Positions 19,970-29,485 of a stretch of 64,000 nt of DNA are shown one piece after another. This stretch comes from Planctomycetota bacterium (GTDB lineage: Bacteria > Planctomycetota > UBA1135 > GCA-002748355). Position 1 is the stretch's first letter. Each line of letters begins with the position of its first letter. The stretch lies in the NCBI GenBank assembly GCA_026984035.1, contig JALSSW010000051.1, positions 2,707-66,706 on the forward strand, given 5' to 3'. The translations under genes and the position numbers were made by a program. The notes beneath the pieces were generated by a model that ran no database searches, was not told where the DNA came from, and was given only the letters and a program-made list of their open reading frames with translations.

Positions 19970-21214
19970 TTAGTTAAAGGTTTTGGTGGAAAAGGCGTTT
20001 GGCAATTCAGCCGGATGGACCGAATCAATTGTCAAGCGCCCGGAAAGTACAGGAATCGTGATCCTTACCAGGATCGTAAAAACCAGAAGACCAAAGGCCC
20101 ATATCCCAAGGCTGACCAAGATCTCATTCGTCGTTGGCTTGTATTCCACCATCTCTCCCAGGGGGCTGGGAATGAAAGCGGGAACGATCAAACCCATCCC
20201 TTTTTCAATCCAGATCCCGACAATCATTAAGGCACAGGAAAGATTGAGCCATTTCAGAGATTTGGAAATGGGAAAGAATAGAAGGACAAGGGCAAGGGAG
20301 TTCATCCCAATAGCCGTCCAAATCCAGGGAACAAGAGCATGTTTTCCCGCAAGTCCGAAGAACAGGTATTGGGCAGAGGCAGAGTGTTCGGCCTGGGTAT
20401 AGAACTCAGTAAACATCTCGGAACCTAAGAGAAACATGTTAATCGACAAGGCTACCGTGATGATCTTCCGCAGCATCTGAAGAGCACCGTCGGGGACTTT
20501 GTAATCGGAGAAACGACGAATGACCTGCAAGGCCAAAACCAAAAAGGCCGGTCCCGCAGAAAAGGCAGATGCTAAGAAACGTGGGGCAAGAACAGCGGAA
20601 TTCCAAAGAGGCCGACTCCCCAAACCGCTATAGAGAAAGGCCGTTACTGTGTGGATAGAAATGGCCCAAAAAATCGCAACAAAGACAAAGGGTATATAGA
20701 ACCATTTCCCCGGTCGAGTTCTCCGGTAGGCACAATAGATCAGGTAACCGCAGATATGGAGGTTCAAAAGAAGGTAACCATTGAGAACCAACACGTCCCA
20801 GGTCAGCATGGAGATCGGCCAATTGAACCGCAGGAATAAGTGAATGAACCGGTCGGGGCGTCCAAGATCAACGGTCACGAAAAGGAGACACATCAGGATT
20901 GAGGCAACAGCGAAGAGTTCCCCAAAAATCACTAAATCGTGAAGATCCTTGTTCTTGTAGATGTAAACCGGAATCACCAGCATGACCGCAGCAGCTGCCA
21001 TCCCCACTAGATAGGTAAAGTTGGCGATATAAAGCCCCCATGAAACCTGGTCTGTCATCCCCGTAGTCTGTAAACCATGGACAAGCTGTTGCGAATAAGC
21101 GTTGAGACCAAAAAGGGCCACCACGCTCAAAAGGAACATCCAAAGGTAGTAACGCCAATCTCCGACAAAGCTGATTCGGAAACAACGTCGCAAAAAACGG
21201 AGATAGTCTTTCAT
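19970..21214 (-). CDS. NrfD/PsrC-family membrane quinone/quinol oxidoreductase subunit
   Basis: WGLYIANFTYLVG, DLGRPDR, SIHTVTAF, WIEK; about 10 TM helices. Confidence 0.92.
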   Translation of the reverse strand: MKDYLRFLRRCFRISFVGDWRYYLWMFLLSVVALFGLNAYSQQLVHGLQTTGMTDQVSWGLYIANFTYLVGMAAAAVMLVIPVYIYKNKDLHDLVIFGELFAVASILMCLLFVTVDLGRPDRFIHLFLRFNWPISMLTWDVLVLNGYLLLNLHICGYLIYCAYRRTRPGKWFYIPFVFVAIFWAISIHTVTAFLYSGLGSRPLWNSAVLAPRFLASAFSAGPAFLVLALQVIRRFSDYKVPDGALQMLRKIITVALSINMFLLGSEMFTEFYTQAEHSASAQYLFFGLAGKHALVPWIWTAIGMNSLALVLLFFPISKSLKWLNLSCALMIVGIWIEKGMGLIVPAFIPSPLGEMVEYKPTTNEILVSLGIWAFGLLVFTILVRITIPVLSGRLTIDSVHPAELPNAFSTKTFN

Positions 21215-21226
21215 TGTGCAAGCCCC

Positions 21227-22165
21227 TCAATCACCGAAGCCATAATCTTCGTCGAAGTAATAGAAGAACCGGGGCTTGGTCCCGACCTCCTGCTTAAGGA
21301 TGAAGATTCGTTTCGTCTTCAAAATTTGAACGACCTCACTATTGGGATCATTGATGTTCCCGAACTTGCGGGCCCCTACCGGGCAGACCTCCAAACAGGC
21401 TGGGAGCTTGCCTTCACGGGTCCGATGAAGGCAAAAATGACACTTTTCCATCACCCCCTTGTGCCTTGGGCGATTGGACAGATATCCCATCTTGGGATTC
21501 AGATCTTTCTTGGGAATCTCCGGTTCGGCAAAATTGAACCGCCTTGCCCAATAAGGGCAGGCGGCTTCGCAATACCGACATCCAATACACCAGTCATAAT
21601 CGATGACAACGATCCCATCGTCTTCTTTCCATGTAGCCTCAACCGGACAAACCTTGACACATGGCGGGTTATCACACTGATGGCACTGCACAGGCATATA
21701 GAAATGGTCCTTTGAAGGAACCTTTTTATCTCCATAGTGATGATTGCTGTGTTCGAGATTGACACTTCCGCGGGGCATCTCAAGAACACGGATATACTGA
21801 ATTTCCGGACTCCGACTCTGGTTGTTCTCGGCCACACAAGCATGCACACATTTGCGGCAACCAATACAGCGACCCAAATTCAGGAGGTAGGTAAACTCCA
21901 CCCCATCCATGGGCTTCACGTCCTTAAGCTCGGGCCTAAGGTCGTAACGCTCCTCCACTTCCTTGCTGATCCGTTCAATGACTTGGTCGATTTCCTTCGG
22001 ACTCATTTCCTTGTAGTGCTTCTGTAAGAAATGGTCGACCGTCATCTCACTGAGGTCTAAATCCTTGAGGGGAGTCAGCGCTGCTGCCACTGCGGCCATC
22101 CCTCCCGCCGCTCCAAGGCTTCCACGCAGGAAGCTTCTTCGGTTCATTTTTTGTTCGCCGCTCAT
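21227..22165 (-). CDS. Tat-exported 4x[4Fe-4S] ferredoxin (NrfC/PsrB-like)
   Basis: RRSFL Tat motif; CIGCRKCVHAC, CHQCDNPPCVKVCP, CIGCRYCEAACP, CHFC..PACLEVCP. Confidence 0.93.
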   Translation of the reverse strand: MSGEQKMNRRSFLRGSLGAAGGMAAVAAALTPLKDLDLSEMTVDHFLQKHYKEMSPKEIDQVIERISKEVEERYDLRPELKDVKPMDGVEFTYLLNLGRCIGCRKCVHACVAENNQSRSPEIQYIRVLEMPRGSVNLEHSNHHYGDKKVPSKDHFYMPVQCHQCDNPPCVKVCPVEATWKEDDGIVVIDYDWCIGCRYCEAACPYWARRFNFAEPEIPKKDLNPKMGYLSNRPRHKGVMEKCHFCLHRTREGKLPACLEVCPVGARKFGNINDPNSEVVQILKTKRIFILKQEVGTKPRFFYYFDEDYGFGD

Positions 22166-22911
22166 CGCTTCTCCTTCTTGCCTGCTTTGGGGCCAAAGCC
22201 CCCGGATCCATTTTTCTTCAAGAGATAAAGAACATCCTCGCTCTCTTCCTCCCTCGGCTCTGTTTGCTCCCCCATGCGGAGCGTGTGAGGACCCGGGAGA
22301 GGTTTCAGAGGATCCATCGCGGGATGCCTGGGTTGGTGAGGGTCATGACATTGTGTACACTTCAGACGTTTCATGGGCCCCTTTCGGGTATCCCAATATC
22401 CGTTACTCCGTCCATGACTTCCTTTGACCCAATCACGATGTATTCGGACATGACATTGGGCACAGAGATTCACCACTGCTGGGTATTCGATTTTTTCTCC
22501 CTTAAGAGAAATTAAATAGTTTCGATCTTTTTGGTCATGACAAGAGAAACAAGAAGTGTTAATAGCATGCTCCAAGATTATCTCTTTGTGCTGGAGTCGT
22601 CCTTTGATTTTAGGGGTCTCGGACTTGAATGAATTATGACAGTCGTTGCAAGTCCGGTCGAAACCATTGATATGAATCTTGGGGGGTTGGACTCCAATCA
22701 TTTTTCTGCGGGGAGCTGTGCTTATTGCAGACTGATTAATTGGATATAGTTTTTTTGGGGGAAGATCAGGGGATTTCATACCCAGAAAAAACCATGCCGC
22801 AACTCCGAGAAATAAAGGCCCTAATAGCCAGGAACCTGAGCCATATTGCAAGGGTCTCTTCTCGGGAGAATCCATCTTCGGTAATTCATTCTGTTCAGGT
22901 GCCATGTGCAC
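22162..22911 (-). CDS. Membrane-anchored tetraheme cytochrome c
   Basis: One N-terminal TM helix; CNDCH, CFSCH, CAQCH, CTQCH. Confidence 0.88.
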   Translation of the reverse strand: MHMAPEQNELPKMDSPEKRPLQYGSGSWLLGPLFLGVAAWFFLGMKSPDLPPKKLYPINQSAISTAPRRKMIGVQPPKIHINGFDRTCNDCHNSFKSETPKIKGRLQHKEIILEHAINTSCFSCHDQKDRNYLISLKGEKIEYPAVVNLCAQCHVRIHRDWVKGSHGRSNGYWDTRKGPMKRLKCTQCHDPHQPRHPAMDPLKPLPGPHTLRMGEQTEPREEESEDVLYLLKKNGSGGFGPKAGKKEKR

Positions 22912-23833
22912 CTCCTGAAAGGCAGGATTCGTTTTTCTTAAAGGACGATTCCCGGCAAGGTAAAGCAGGCCCCAATTCCTGGGTCAAAGGCTTACCTTTT
23001 CCGCAGAACCCTAGTGTTAAAACTGTTTTAGGGCAAACATCGATGCATGCCCCACACCGAGTGCAACGTGAATCGGCGATACTTCCAAAACCCTTAGTCG
23101 TAAAGTTTTCCATGACCTGAATCCCCATAGGGCAATGGGTCGTGCAAAGCCCGCAAAGTGTCTTTCCCGCCCTGGATTTGGAAATACATATACGGAAAGG
23201 GGCAGCCTTCCCTAGAAGACTGTAAAACCCACCAAGGGGACAAAGCGATCGGCACCAAAACCGGGGAAGAACCCACTCCAAGATGCAAAGAATAAGGAGA
23301 ACAAGAAGCCCCCCCCAAACTCCAAAAACGATTCCCCATCCAAGAAAATTAATGGGTGAGAATGTCTGAAAAAGGGGAAATCCAGCGAAGAGACTGAAGG
23401 ACAGAACAAAGAGAAGGAGAGGGAAACGCAAGCCATCTGGAGGTTCCAAAAGGGGTAACCCTTTTCTGCCCTTAAGGTGTATGCGGTGCCGAACCTTTCG
23501 ACTCAAGGTTTCATTCAAATCCAGGACAAAGCCTAGGGGACAAATCCACCCACAGAACACAGGCCCAAGAAGCAAAGCAAGAAGGACGAGCAATCCCGCC
23601 CCAATCCAAATCAAGGGTTTTGTCACACCTCCGGCAAGAAGGACCTCCAACGAAGCCAAGGGATCGGTGAAAGGAACAATCCCAAAAATTCTTGTTCCGG
23701 TCGTCCCCCCTCGGAACCAGGAAATCCAATCTAAAGCCCCAAGAACAAGCAAAACCAAGAACAGAAAAGCCGTGGTCCGCCGCAAAATAGTATGGATCTT
23801 CAGATGTTTCCTCTTTGGGCTCTTGGCGTTCAT
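22895..23833 (-). CDS. napH: Quinol dehydrogenase membrane ferredoxin subunit NapH
   Basis: DPLA, FCGWICPLG, WCRSLCPLG, CGLCTTHCP, CTRCGACIDVCP; follows napG. Confidence 0.9.
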   Translation of the reverse strand: MNAKSPKRKHLKIHTILRRTTAFLFLVLLVLGALDWISWFRGGTTGTRIFGIVPFTDPLASLEVLLAGGVTKPLIWIGAGLLVLLALLLGPVFCGWICPLGFVLDLNETLSRKVRHRIHLKGRKGLPLLEPPDGLRFPLLLFVLSFSLFAGFPLFQTFSPINFLGWGIVFGVWGGLLVLLILCILEWVLPRFWCRSLCPLGGFYSLLGKAAPFRICISKSRAGKTLCGLCTTHCPMGIQVMENFTTKGFGSIADSRCTRCGACIDVCPKTVLTLGFCGKGKPLTQELGPALPCRESSFKKNESCLSGGAHGT

Positions 23834-23835
23834 CC

Positions 23836-24423
23836 TTAACCAACTCCCTCATTCGAATTCGCGGGACGAACAACGATGGAACTCTTTTCTGTAATGCACG
23901 CTTCCTCACAGATCCCGCAACCCACACAAGCTTTTGGATCTATGGTTGGCCGCATGCGTTTGTCATAGACAAGTGCCGTTCCCTGAAAGGGGCAAACGCG
24001 CCAACAAACCCGGCAGGTCACTCCATTGAAGGCAAAACAAGTTTTGTGATTGATAACAGCTGTCCCCATTCGAACCTTGGAACGGTCCTCAACTGGCTCC
24101 AGTGCTCCTGAAGGACAAGCTCCAATGCATTTGAGTTCGTCCTCATTTGTGCAGAGGTAGCAGGGAACTTTCCTGGCCTCAACATGGGGGGTTCCCATCG
24201 CAAGCCCGCCCCCAAGACCAAACAACTTAAGGCTGTCATAGGGGCAGGCTTCGACACATTGGCCGCAACGAATACATGTGGCGAGGAATTCCTTTCCTTC
24301 CCTCGCTCCTGGAGGACGCAAAGCGACGGGACCACTCCCGGAAAGCAGAGAGCTTATGAACCCTGAGCTTCCTCCCAAGAGAAGGCCGCAACCCCCTAAA
24401 AATTTTCGTCGGCTGATGTTCAT
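23836..24423 (-). CDS. napG: Periplasmic ferredoxin-type protein NapG
   Basis: SRRKFL Tat motif; LRPPGA; CIRCGQCVEACP, PCYLC..C..ACP, C..CRVCWRVCP, CVGCGICEEAC. Confidence 0.92.
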   Translation of the reverse strand: MNISRRKFLGGCGLLLGGSSGFISSLLSGSGPVALRPPGAREGKEFLATCIRCGQCVEACPYDSLKLFGLGGGLAMGTPHVEARKVPCYLCTNEDELKCIGACPSGALEPVEDRSKVRMGTAVINHKTCFAFNGVTCRVCWRVCPFQGTALVYDKRMRPTIDPKACVGCGICEEACITEKSSIVVRPANSNEGVG

Positions 24424-24448
24424 TCTTCAAATGGGATCCGGGGAAGGA

Positions 24449-25111
24449 TTAGTGTCCCTCCTTTTTGACATCAATGACACGGACTTGCACATGGCAAGAA
24501 CGGCACTTGGCTTTGAGAAGGATTCTGGGCATCTCCTTGTGCTTCACGATAGGAGCCCCTCGAATCCCGGAATCATGGCAAAGGAGGCAGCGGTTATTCC
24601 CCCATACTCCCTTATGCGAAGGAGAGTTGGGAATCATCGGAGGAAAAGCATTCCCAAGAAACCCTTTTGGGTCTTTTTTAATGACCTTGGCCTTGGAACC
24701 GGGGATTCTCACATGACAGGAGCGACACTTTGCAGTCAAGAGACGTTTGGGCATCCCCTTATGATGAACCTCGGGGGCTTTCCCCACACCAGTTTCATGG
24801 CAGCGAAGACAATCATTCTTTTTCCAACCCTTCTGATGATAAGGGAGATCCGACAAGGTGGGTGGGAATGCATTGCCTTCGAAAGGCCCCGGTTTCCTTT
24901 TCGTCACCTGGACCTTTCCTTTGCGATCCTTTTTAGAAACAACCTTGCCCTGTTTTGTTGGAACTACCAGCTTGGATGCTTTCGTCCGTTTTTTCTGGAC
25001 CACAGGCTTAGACTGGGATTTCTGCGTAGCGGGAAGGAGAGCATCTCCCCCTGAAGCTGCGCAACCAATCACAAGGATGCCTAGGAAGGCGATGGGGATT
25101 CTCGCTTTCAT
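24449..25111 (-). CDS. napB: NapB-like cytochrome c, lipoprotein, with tandemly duplicated diheme domain (4 hemes)
   Basis: Directly after napA; VIGC lipobox; two PP..H..N.CL.CH..AP...H...CRSCHV units. Confidence 0.78.
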   Translation of the reverse strand: MKARIPIAFLGILVIGCAASGGDALLPATQKSQSKPVVQKKRTKASKLVVPTKQGKVVSKKDRKGKVQVTKRKPGPFEGNAFPPTLSDLPYHQKGWKKNDCLRCHETGVGKAPEVHHKGMPKRLLTAKCRSCHVRIPGSKAKVIKKDPKGFLGNAFPPMIPNSPSHKGVWGNNRCLLCHDSGIRGAPIVKHKEMPRILLKAKCRSCHVQVRVIDVKKEGH

Positions 25112-25128
25112 GATATCGTCCTCCAGGA

Positions 25129-27444
25129 TTAGGCCTTTGCCAGTTTGACAGCGCAGATCTTGAATTCAGGCTGTTTCGAACCTGGGTCATAAGCGTCAAT
25201 GGTCACTCGATTGATGAGAGAGTTCGTGTCTTCCCAACACCAGGGAACAAACACCATCCCTACTCGGGGCATCCCTGTAATGCGGGCCTTGATCAACGCC
25301 TCTCCACGGCGCGAGGTGATCCGAACCATATCTCGATTTCGCAGACCTAACTTCTTTGCATCGACGGGATTGATCTCGATATAGGCTTCGGGATATGCCC
25401 GCTTTAGCTCAGGAGCGCGCATGGTCATGGTTCCCGTGTGCCAATGCTCCAGGACACGACCGGTGGAGAGGATGTAGGGATATTCCTTATCCACAGGTTC
25501 AGCCGGCCCCAAGGCCGGTCTCAGCCAAACGGTAGCCCGATAGTCTTTGGCTGCATAGAATTTGATATCCCCTTCATTCAAAGAGTCATCCGCATAGGGG
25601 CCGTGATCCAAGATCGGATCTTCGCCCTTAACAAAGCGACGGGCGGTTCCGGGATGGTCGATGGTCGGGGCAGGCCAACGGATGCCCCGCTCTTTTTTCA
25701 GACGGTCCCTGGTCATCCCCATAAAATCATAGGCGGTATTCTTAGACGCATGGCGCATCTCATTCCAAACATCATCGCATGTCTTCAATTTGGAAGAGAC
25801 ATAGCCTTTCGGAATGACCCCCCTTTCCTCGAGCAACCCGGCGAAATCGAGAAGGATTTCTAAATCAGGCCGGGCTTCACCCGGAGGAGTAACAAGGGCG
25901 GGCTGATACTGATAGCGCCGTTCGGACATGCCAAAGACCCCGAGTTTCTCCGACCACATTGCAGCAGGAAGAATGACGTCCGCGAGTTCTGTCGTCCGTG
26001 TGGGGAAGATATCAAGGACCACAATAAATGGCTTACCCGGCCTGGCTTTCCCCATTGCATCCCTATAAGGAGTCAAATTGGGTAAAGACTGCCCCGGGTT
26101 GGTGGTCAGAATCAGCATGGCCTTGATTTCATTACGACCCAGGGCTCGGAACATCTCAATCGTATTTTTGCCGGGCTTAGGCTTGATCGTGCCTGGTTTG
26201 GCCCCCCAGATCTTCTCCATCTCAGCCCGATGCTTCGCTTTTTTTACCGATCTCCCATAGGGAAGAATATGGCAAAGGGAACCAGTGTCGCGAACCCCGC
26301 CACAGGCATTGGGTTGGCCGGTCAAAGAGAAAGGTGTCATCCCCGGCTTCCCGATCTGACCAGTAATCAGATGGAGATTGTGCATCAAGTTGTTGGCCCA
26401 GACTCCACGAGTTCTTTGATTTAAACCCATGGTCCAAAAGGTCATGGTCGGACCATTGGCAAAGAGTCGAGCCGCCTCCACAATTTTTTGTGCAGGGACG
26501 CCCGAGATGAGCTCCGCTTGTTCCGGGCTGTACTGGTCCAAGAATTTGACATAGCCCTCAAAGTCGACCTTTTTGGGGCGACCGTTCTCTACGATTTTGA
26601 ACTGGCATTGCTTAGCAATAAAATCGGCGTCATATTTTTTCTCTTTGACGATCACATGCGCCATCGCATGGAACACTGCTAAGTCATACCCGGGAACCGG
26701 GTCCAAATGGATATCCGCAATGGATGTCACCGGACTCTTTCTGGGGTCACAAACAATGACCAAGACATCGTTATGGGCCTCTTTGCGGGCAAGAATCTGG
26801 TCAAAAATCACGGGGTGACACTCAGCTGTGTTGGAACCGACCAGGAAAAAGACCTTCGCATGATCGATATCGTCATAACAACCCATAGGTTCATCTTTCC
26901 CAAAGGTCGAAACATAGCCCCCCACCGCAGAAGCCATGCAAAGCCTCGGATTCCCCTCTACATTGTTTGTGCCAATCCCCCCCTTAAAGATCCGATTCGC
27001 CAAATAACTTTCCTCAGAAAGTGCTTGTCCCGAACCGTAATAAGCGACCGAATCAGGTCCATGTTTCCGAATCGAATCAGCAAATCGATCCCCGATCAGC
27101 TTCATGGCTTCATCCCATGAAGCCTGAACGAATTTCCCATTCTTCCGGATCATGGGGTGCTTCAGGCGGTCGGGCGCGTGAACAATCTTGGGAAGGAAGA
27201 GAGACTTAGCGCAAACTAAGCCTTTGGTTGTTGGATGCTTGGGATCGCCCCTCAGGGCTACCAACTTTTTGTCTCGAATCCCAAGCATGACACCACAGCC
27301 TGTCCCACAAAAGCGGCAAACTGATTTGTGCCAAGTGACCTCCGAGGATTCCAGGGTCGAGGAGGCTAGAGCTTTACCTTCCGCGACAGATGCGACGGCC
27401 GCCATGGCGGACGTTCTAAGAAAGTCTCGACGATTCATTGCCAT
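25129..27444 (-). CDS. napA: Periplasmic nitrate reductase catalytic subunit (Mo-bisPGD, 4Fe-4S)
   Basis: RRDFL Tat motif; CRFCGTGC..C; RLCMASA Mo ligand; FSLTGQPNACG; TGRVLEHWHTGTMT; KQPEFKICAV. Confidence 0.95.
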   Translation of the reverse strand: MAMNRRDFLRTSAMAAVASVAEGKALASSTLESSEVTWHKSVCRFCGTGCGVMLGIRDKKLVALRGDPKHPTTKGLVCAKSLFLPKIVHAPDRLKHPMIRKNGKFVQASWDEAMKLIGDRFADSIRKHGPDSVAYYGSGQALSEESYLANRIFKGGIGTNNVEGNPRLCMASAVGGYVSTFGKDEPMGCYDDIDHAKVFFLVGSNTAECHPVIFDQILARKEAHNDVLVIVCDPRKSPVTSIADIHLDPVPGYDLAVFHAMAHVIVKEKKYDADFIAKQCQFKIVENGRPKKVDFEGYVKFLDQYSPEQAELISGVPAQKIVEAARLFANGPTMTFWTMGLNQRTRGVWANNLMHNLHLITGQIGKPGMTPFSLTGQPNACGGVRDTGSLCHILPYGRSVKKAKHRAEMEKIWGAKPGTIKPKPGKNTIEMFRALGRNEIKAMLILTTNPGQSLPNLTPYRDAMGKARPGKPFIVVLDIFPTRTTELADVILPAAMWSEKLGVFGMSERRYQYQPALVTPPGEARPDLEILLDFAGLLEERGVIPKGYVSSKLKTCDDVWNEMRHASKNTAYDFMGMTRDRLKKERGIRWPAPTIDHPGTARRFVKGEDPILDHGPYADDSLNEGDIKFYAAKDYRATVWLRPALGPAEPVDKEYPYILSTGRVLEHWHTGTMTMRAPELKRAYPEAYIEINPVDAKKLGLRNRDMVRITSRRGEALIKARITGMPRVGMVFVPWCWEDTNSLINRVTIDAYDPGSKQPEFKICAVKLAKA

Positions 27445-27581
27445 TTTTCATTCTCCGAAGGGGTCCTTCCATTTTTGGGATCGAGAAAACCTCCAGCTCC
27501 CAAAGTTCTTGCAGCTTGTTCCAATAAAGAGATCTCAACTTGTGCCTTAAAAAACTTCATGTGGCCTCAGGGCCTCGCCTC

Positions 27582-28010
27582 CTATTCCCATTGGGTCGAG
27601 ATAGGCCAAGCGGCTTGCACTCCCTCCACTTGAAGGAGTTCTTCTTGGAGCCTCTGATGGGCCTGGTCAAAGCTCCCCGCTTCAATCAGCACCCCCACTC
27701 TCCCCCTTTCACCGAGAGAAAAGGATTCCATTCCTGGAAGAGAATCGATGCACTCACAAACCTCCCCCATCAATGGAGGAAAAACTCGGCACAGGACCCC
27801 AACGACCACATAGCTTGGCTTGGTCGAGGCATCCACATCTTTGCGGGGATCCCTTCTGGAGGAAGTTTCCTGGCCGACCCTCTCCTCGAATAGAATCCCG
27901 CCTTCTGTTTTGGGCTGAGCTTGCATTGCTTTTTCTTCCTTCTTTTCCACCGGATTTTTACATCTCCATTCTTCCCGGAATGGAAAGATCTCTTCTCTTG
28001 GATCGGCCAC
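27582..28010 (-). CDS. napD: NapD-like chaperone (start uncertain)
   Basis: Upstream of napA; ferredoxin-like pattern VVGVLCRV..LPGME..GRVGVLIEA..LLQVEGVQAA. The N-terminal ~60 aa may not be translated. Confidence 0.75.
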   Translation of the reverse strand: MADPREEIFPFREEWRCKNPVEKKEEKAMQAQPKTEGGILFEERVGQETSSRRDPRKDVDASTKPSYVVVGVLCRVFPPLMGEVCECIDSLPGMESFSLGERGRVGVLIEAGSFDQAHQRLQEELLQVEGVQAAWPISTQWE

Positions 28011-28123
28011 TATCTACCTCAAAAGAAGACCTTCAAGACCCATCCAGGTGCCCTTTTGTCGCAGTTCCCCCTTGACCAAATCCAGGGCCTTCCTAGGCTC
28101 CTTTTTCGTCCTATCTTTCCCCT

Positions 28124-29485
28124 TTGAGCTTTCATATGCGCGGATTTGTCACAGGCCTGAGCCTCCTTTCCTCTCTCGTATTCCCCCGCCTTTCTCCCTC
28201 CCAAGCTCTCCCAAACGCAGCAACTTCAGACCAAGGTCCCCCCCCTCCCAGCCTCTCTGGGGCGAGCAAACTCTTTGATGGGAAATCCCTTCGGGGATGG
28301 ACCACGCAGGGAGGACGTTATGACGGCAAGGCTCTTTGGTCAGTGGAGAGGGGATGCATCGTCGGACAAGTGGGCCCCAAAGGAGAAGGAGGCTTGCTCT
28401 ATACTCAACGGGCCTATGCCAACTTTGTATTTGCTTGCGATGTTCAAATCGACTACCCCTTCGATTCAGGCATTTTTATTGGAATGGAATCACGAAGCCT
28501 GGGCCGTAAGGGCTGGCAGGTCACCTTGGACCATCGCCCAGGAGGCGAAATCGGCGGCATCTATTCAGACGGTTGGTTACAACACAACTCAAAAGGATGG
28601 AAGCTGTTCCAAAAAAACAAATGGAACAGAGTGATCATTCGATCGCGTGGGTTTCCTCCTCGTATTGAAACCTGGGTGAGAGGAAGAAAAATAGGTGATT
28701 ATCAACAGAAAAGTAGTCAAGGCTTTTCCCCTCTGGGGAAGATCGGCCTCCAGGTTCATGGAGCAAAAAAAACCTGGTGGCAGAATAAAGTTCGTTTCAA
28801 AAACATCCAAGTCCTTGAGCTTCCTCCTGATTCCCTCAATCTTTTTCAGCGGGATCAGGCAGGAAGACTCTCGCCCACCCCTAAAGCCATTTCACTTGGT
28901 TGGCGGCCCATGCTGACTAACCTTGATGACTGGACTCGTGAAGGCAAAGGCCCCAAGCCTTACAAGCTGAACCGGGGGCTTCTTACTCTTTCAGCGGAAG
29001 GAGCGGGAAACAAACTATGGACCAAACACAGGTATAAAAACTTCGAATTACGACTGGATTTCAAATTAAGCCCCTCCGCGAATTCGGGTCTCCTCCTATT
29101 TGGAAACCCCGGCCCCAAAGGAGCTTTTTCATATGCATATGAACTTCAGATTCTCGATGATTGGAACTGGGAGAAGAGCCATAAGACCAAGTTAAAACCT
29201 TGGCAGCATTGTGGAAGCCTCTATGGCCTTGCCCCCCCGCTCCTCTCTGCTCTCCTTCCTCCCGGATCCTGGAACAGCTTGCAGCTCTCAATAAAGGGCA
29301 ACAGATTGAAAGCCAACTTAAACGGAAGGATTCTCCAAGACCTGGATCTCAAAGCCCTCCCGCAAACCATCCTCAAAAAAAGACCCAAGGAAGGAAGTAT
29401 TGGCCTCCAATTCCATGGTGGAGGGGAAATCAAAAAAGGCCCCTACCTTTGGATTCGTAACTTCTTCCTTAGAAAAATCGAGTGA
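28124..29485 (+). CDS. Exported protein with two DUF1080 (3-keto-glycoside lyase/hydratase-like) domains
   Basis: Signal peptide; LFDGKSLRGW, DSGIF, GKIGLQVH, FKNI; second copy NSGL, ELQILD, GSLYG, IGLQFH. Confidence 0.9.
   Translation: MSFHMRGFVTGLSLLSSLVFPRLSPSQALPNAATSDQGPPPPSLSGASKLFDGKSLRGWTTQGGRYDGKALWSVERGCIVGQVGPKGEGGLLYTQRAYANFVFACDVQIDYPFDSGIFIGMESRSLGRKGWQVTLDHRPGGEIGGIYSDGWLQHNSKGWKLFQKNKWNRVIIRSRGFPPRIETWVRGRKIGDYQQKSSQGFSPLGKIGLQVHGAKKTWWQNKVRFKNIQVLELPPDSLNLFQRDQAGRLSPTPKAISLGWRPMLTNLDDWTREGKGPKPYKLNRGLLTLSAEGAGNKLWTKHRYKNFELRLDFKLSPSANSGLLLFGNPGPKGAFSYAYELQILDDWNWEKSHKTKLKPWQHCGSLYGLAPPLLSALLPPGSWNSLQLSIKGNRLKANLNGRILQDLDLKALPQTILKKRPKEGSIGLQFHGGGEIKKGPYLWIRNFFLRKIE

Noticed and set aside
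27830-28010. N-terminal extension on NapD as a novel domain
   Set aside because: Low-complexity and charged; more likely start-codon uncertainty.
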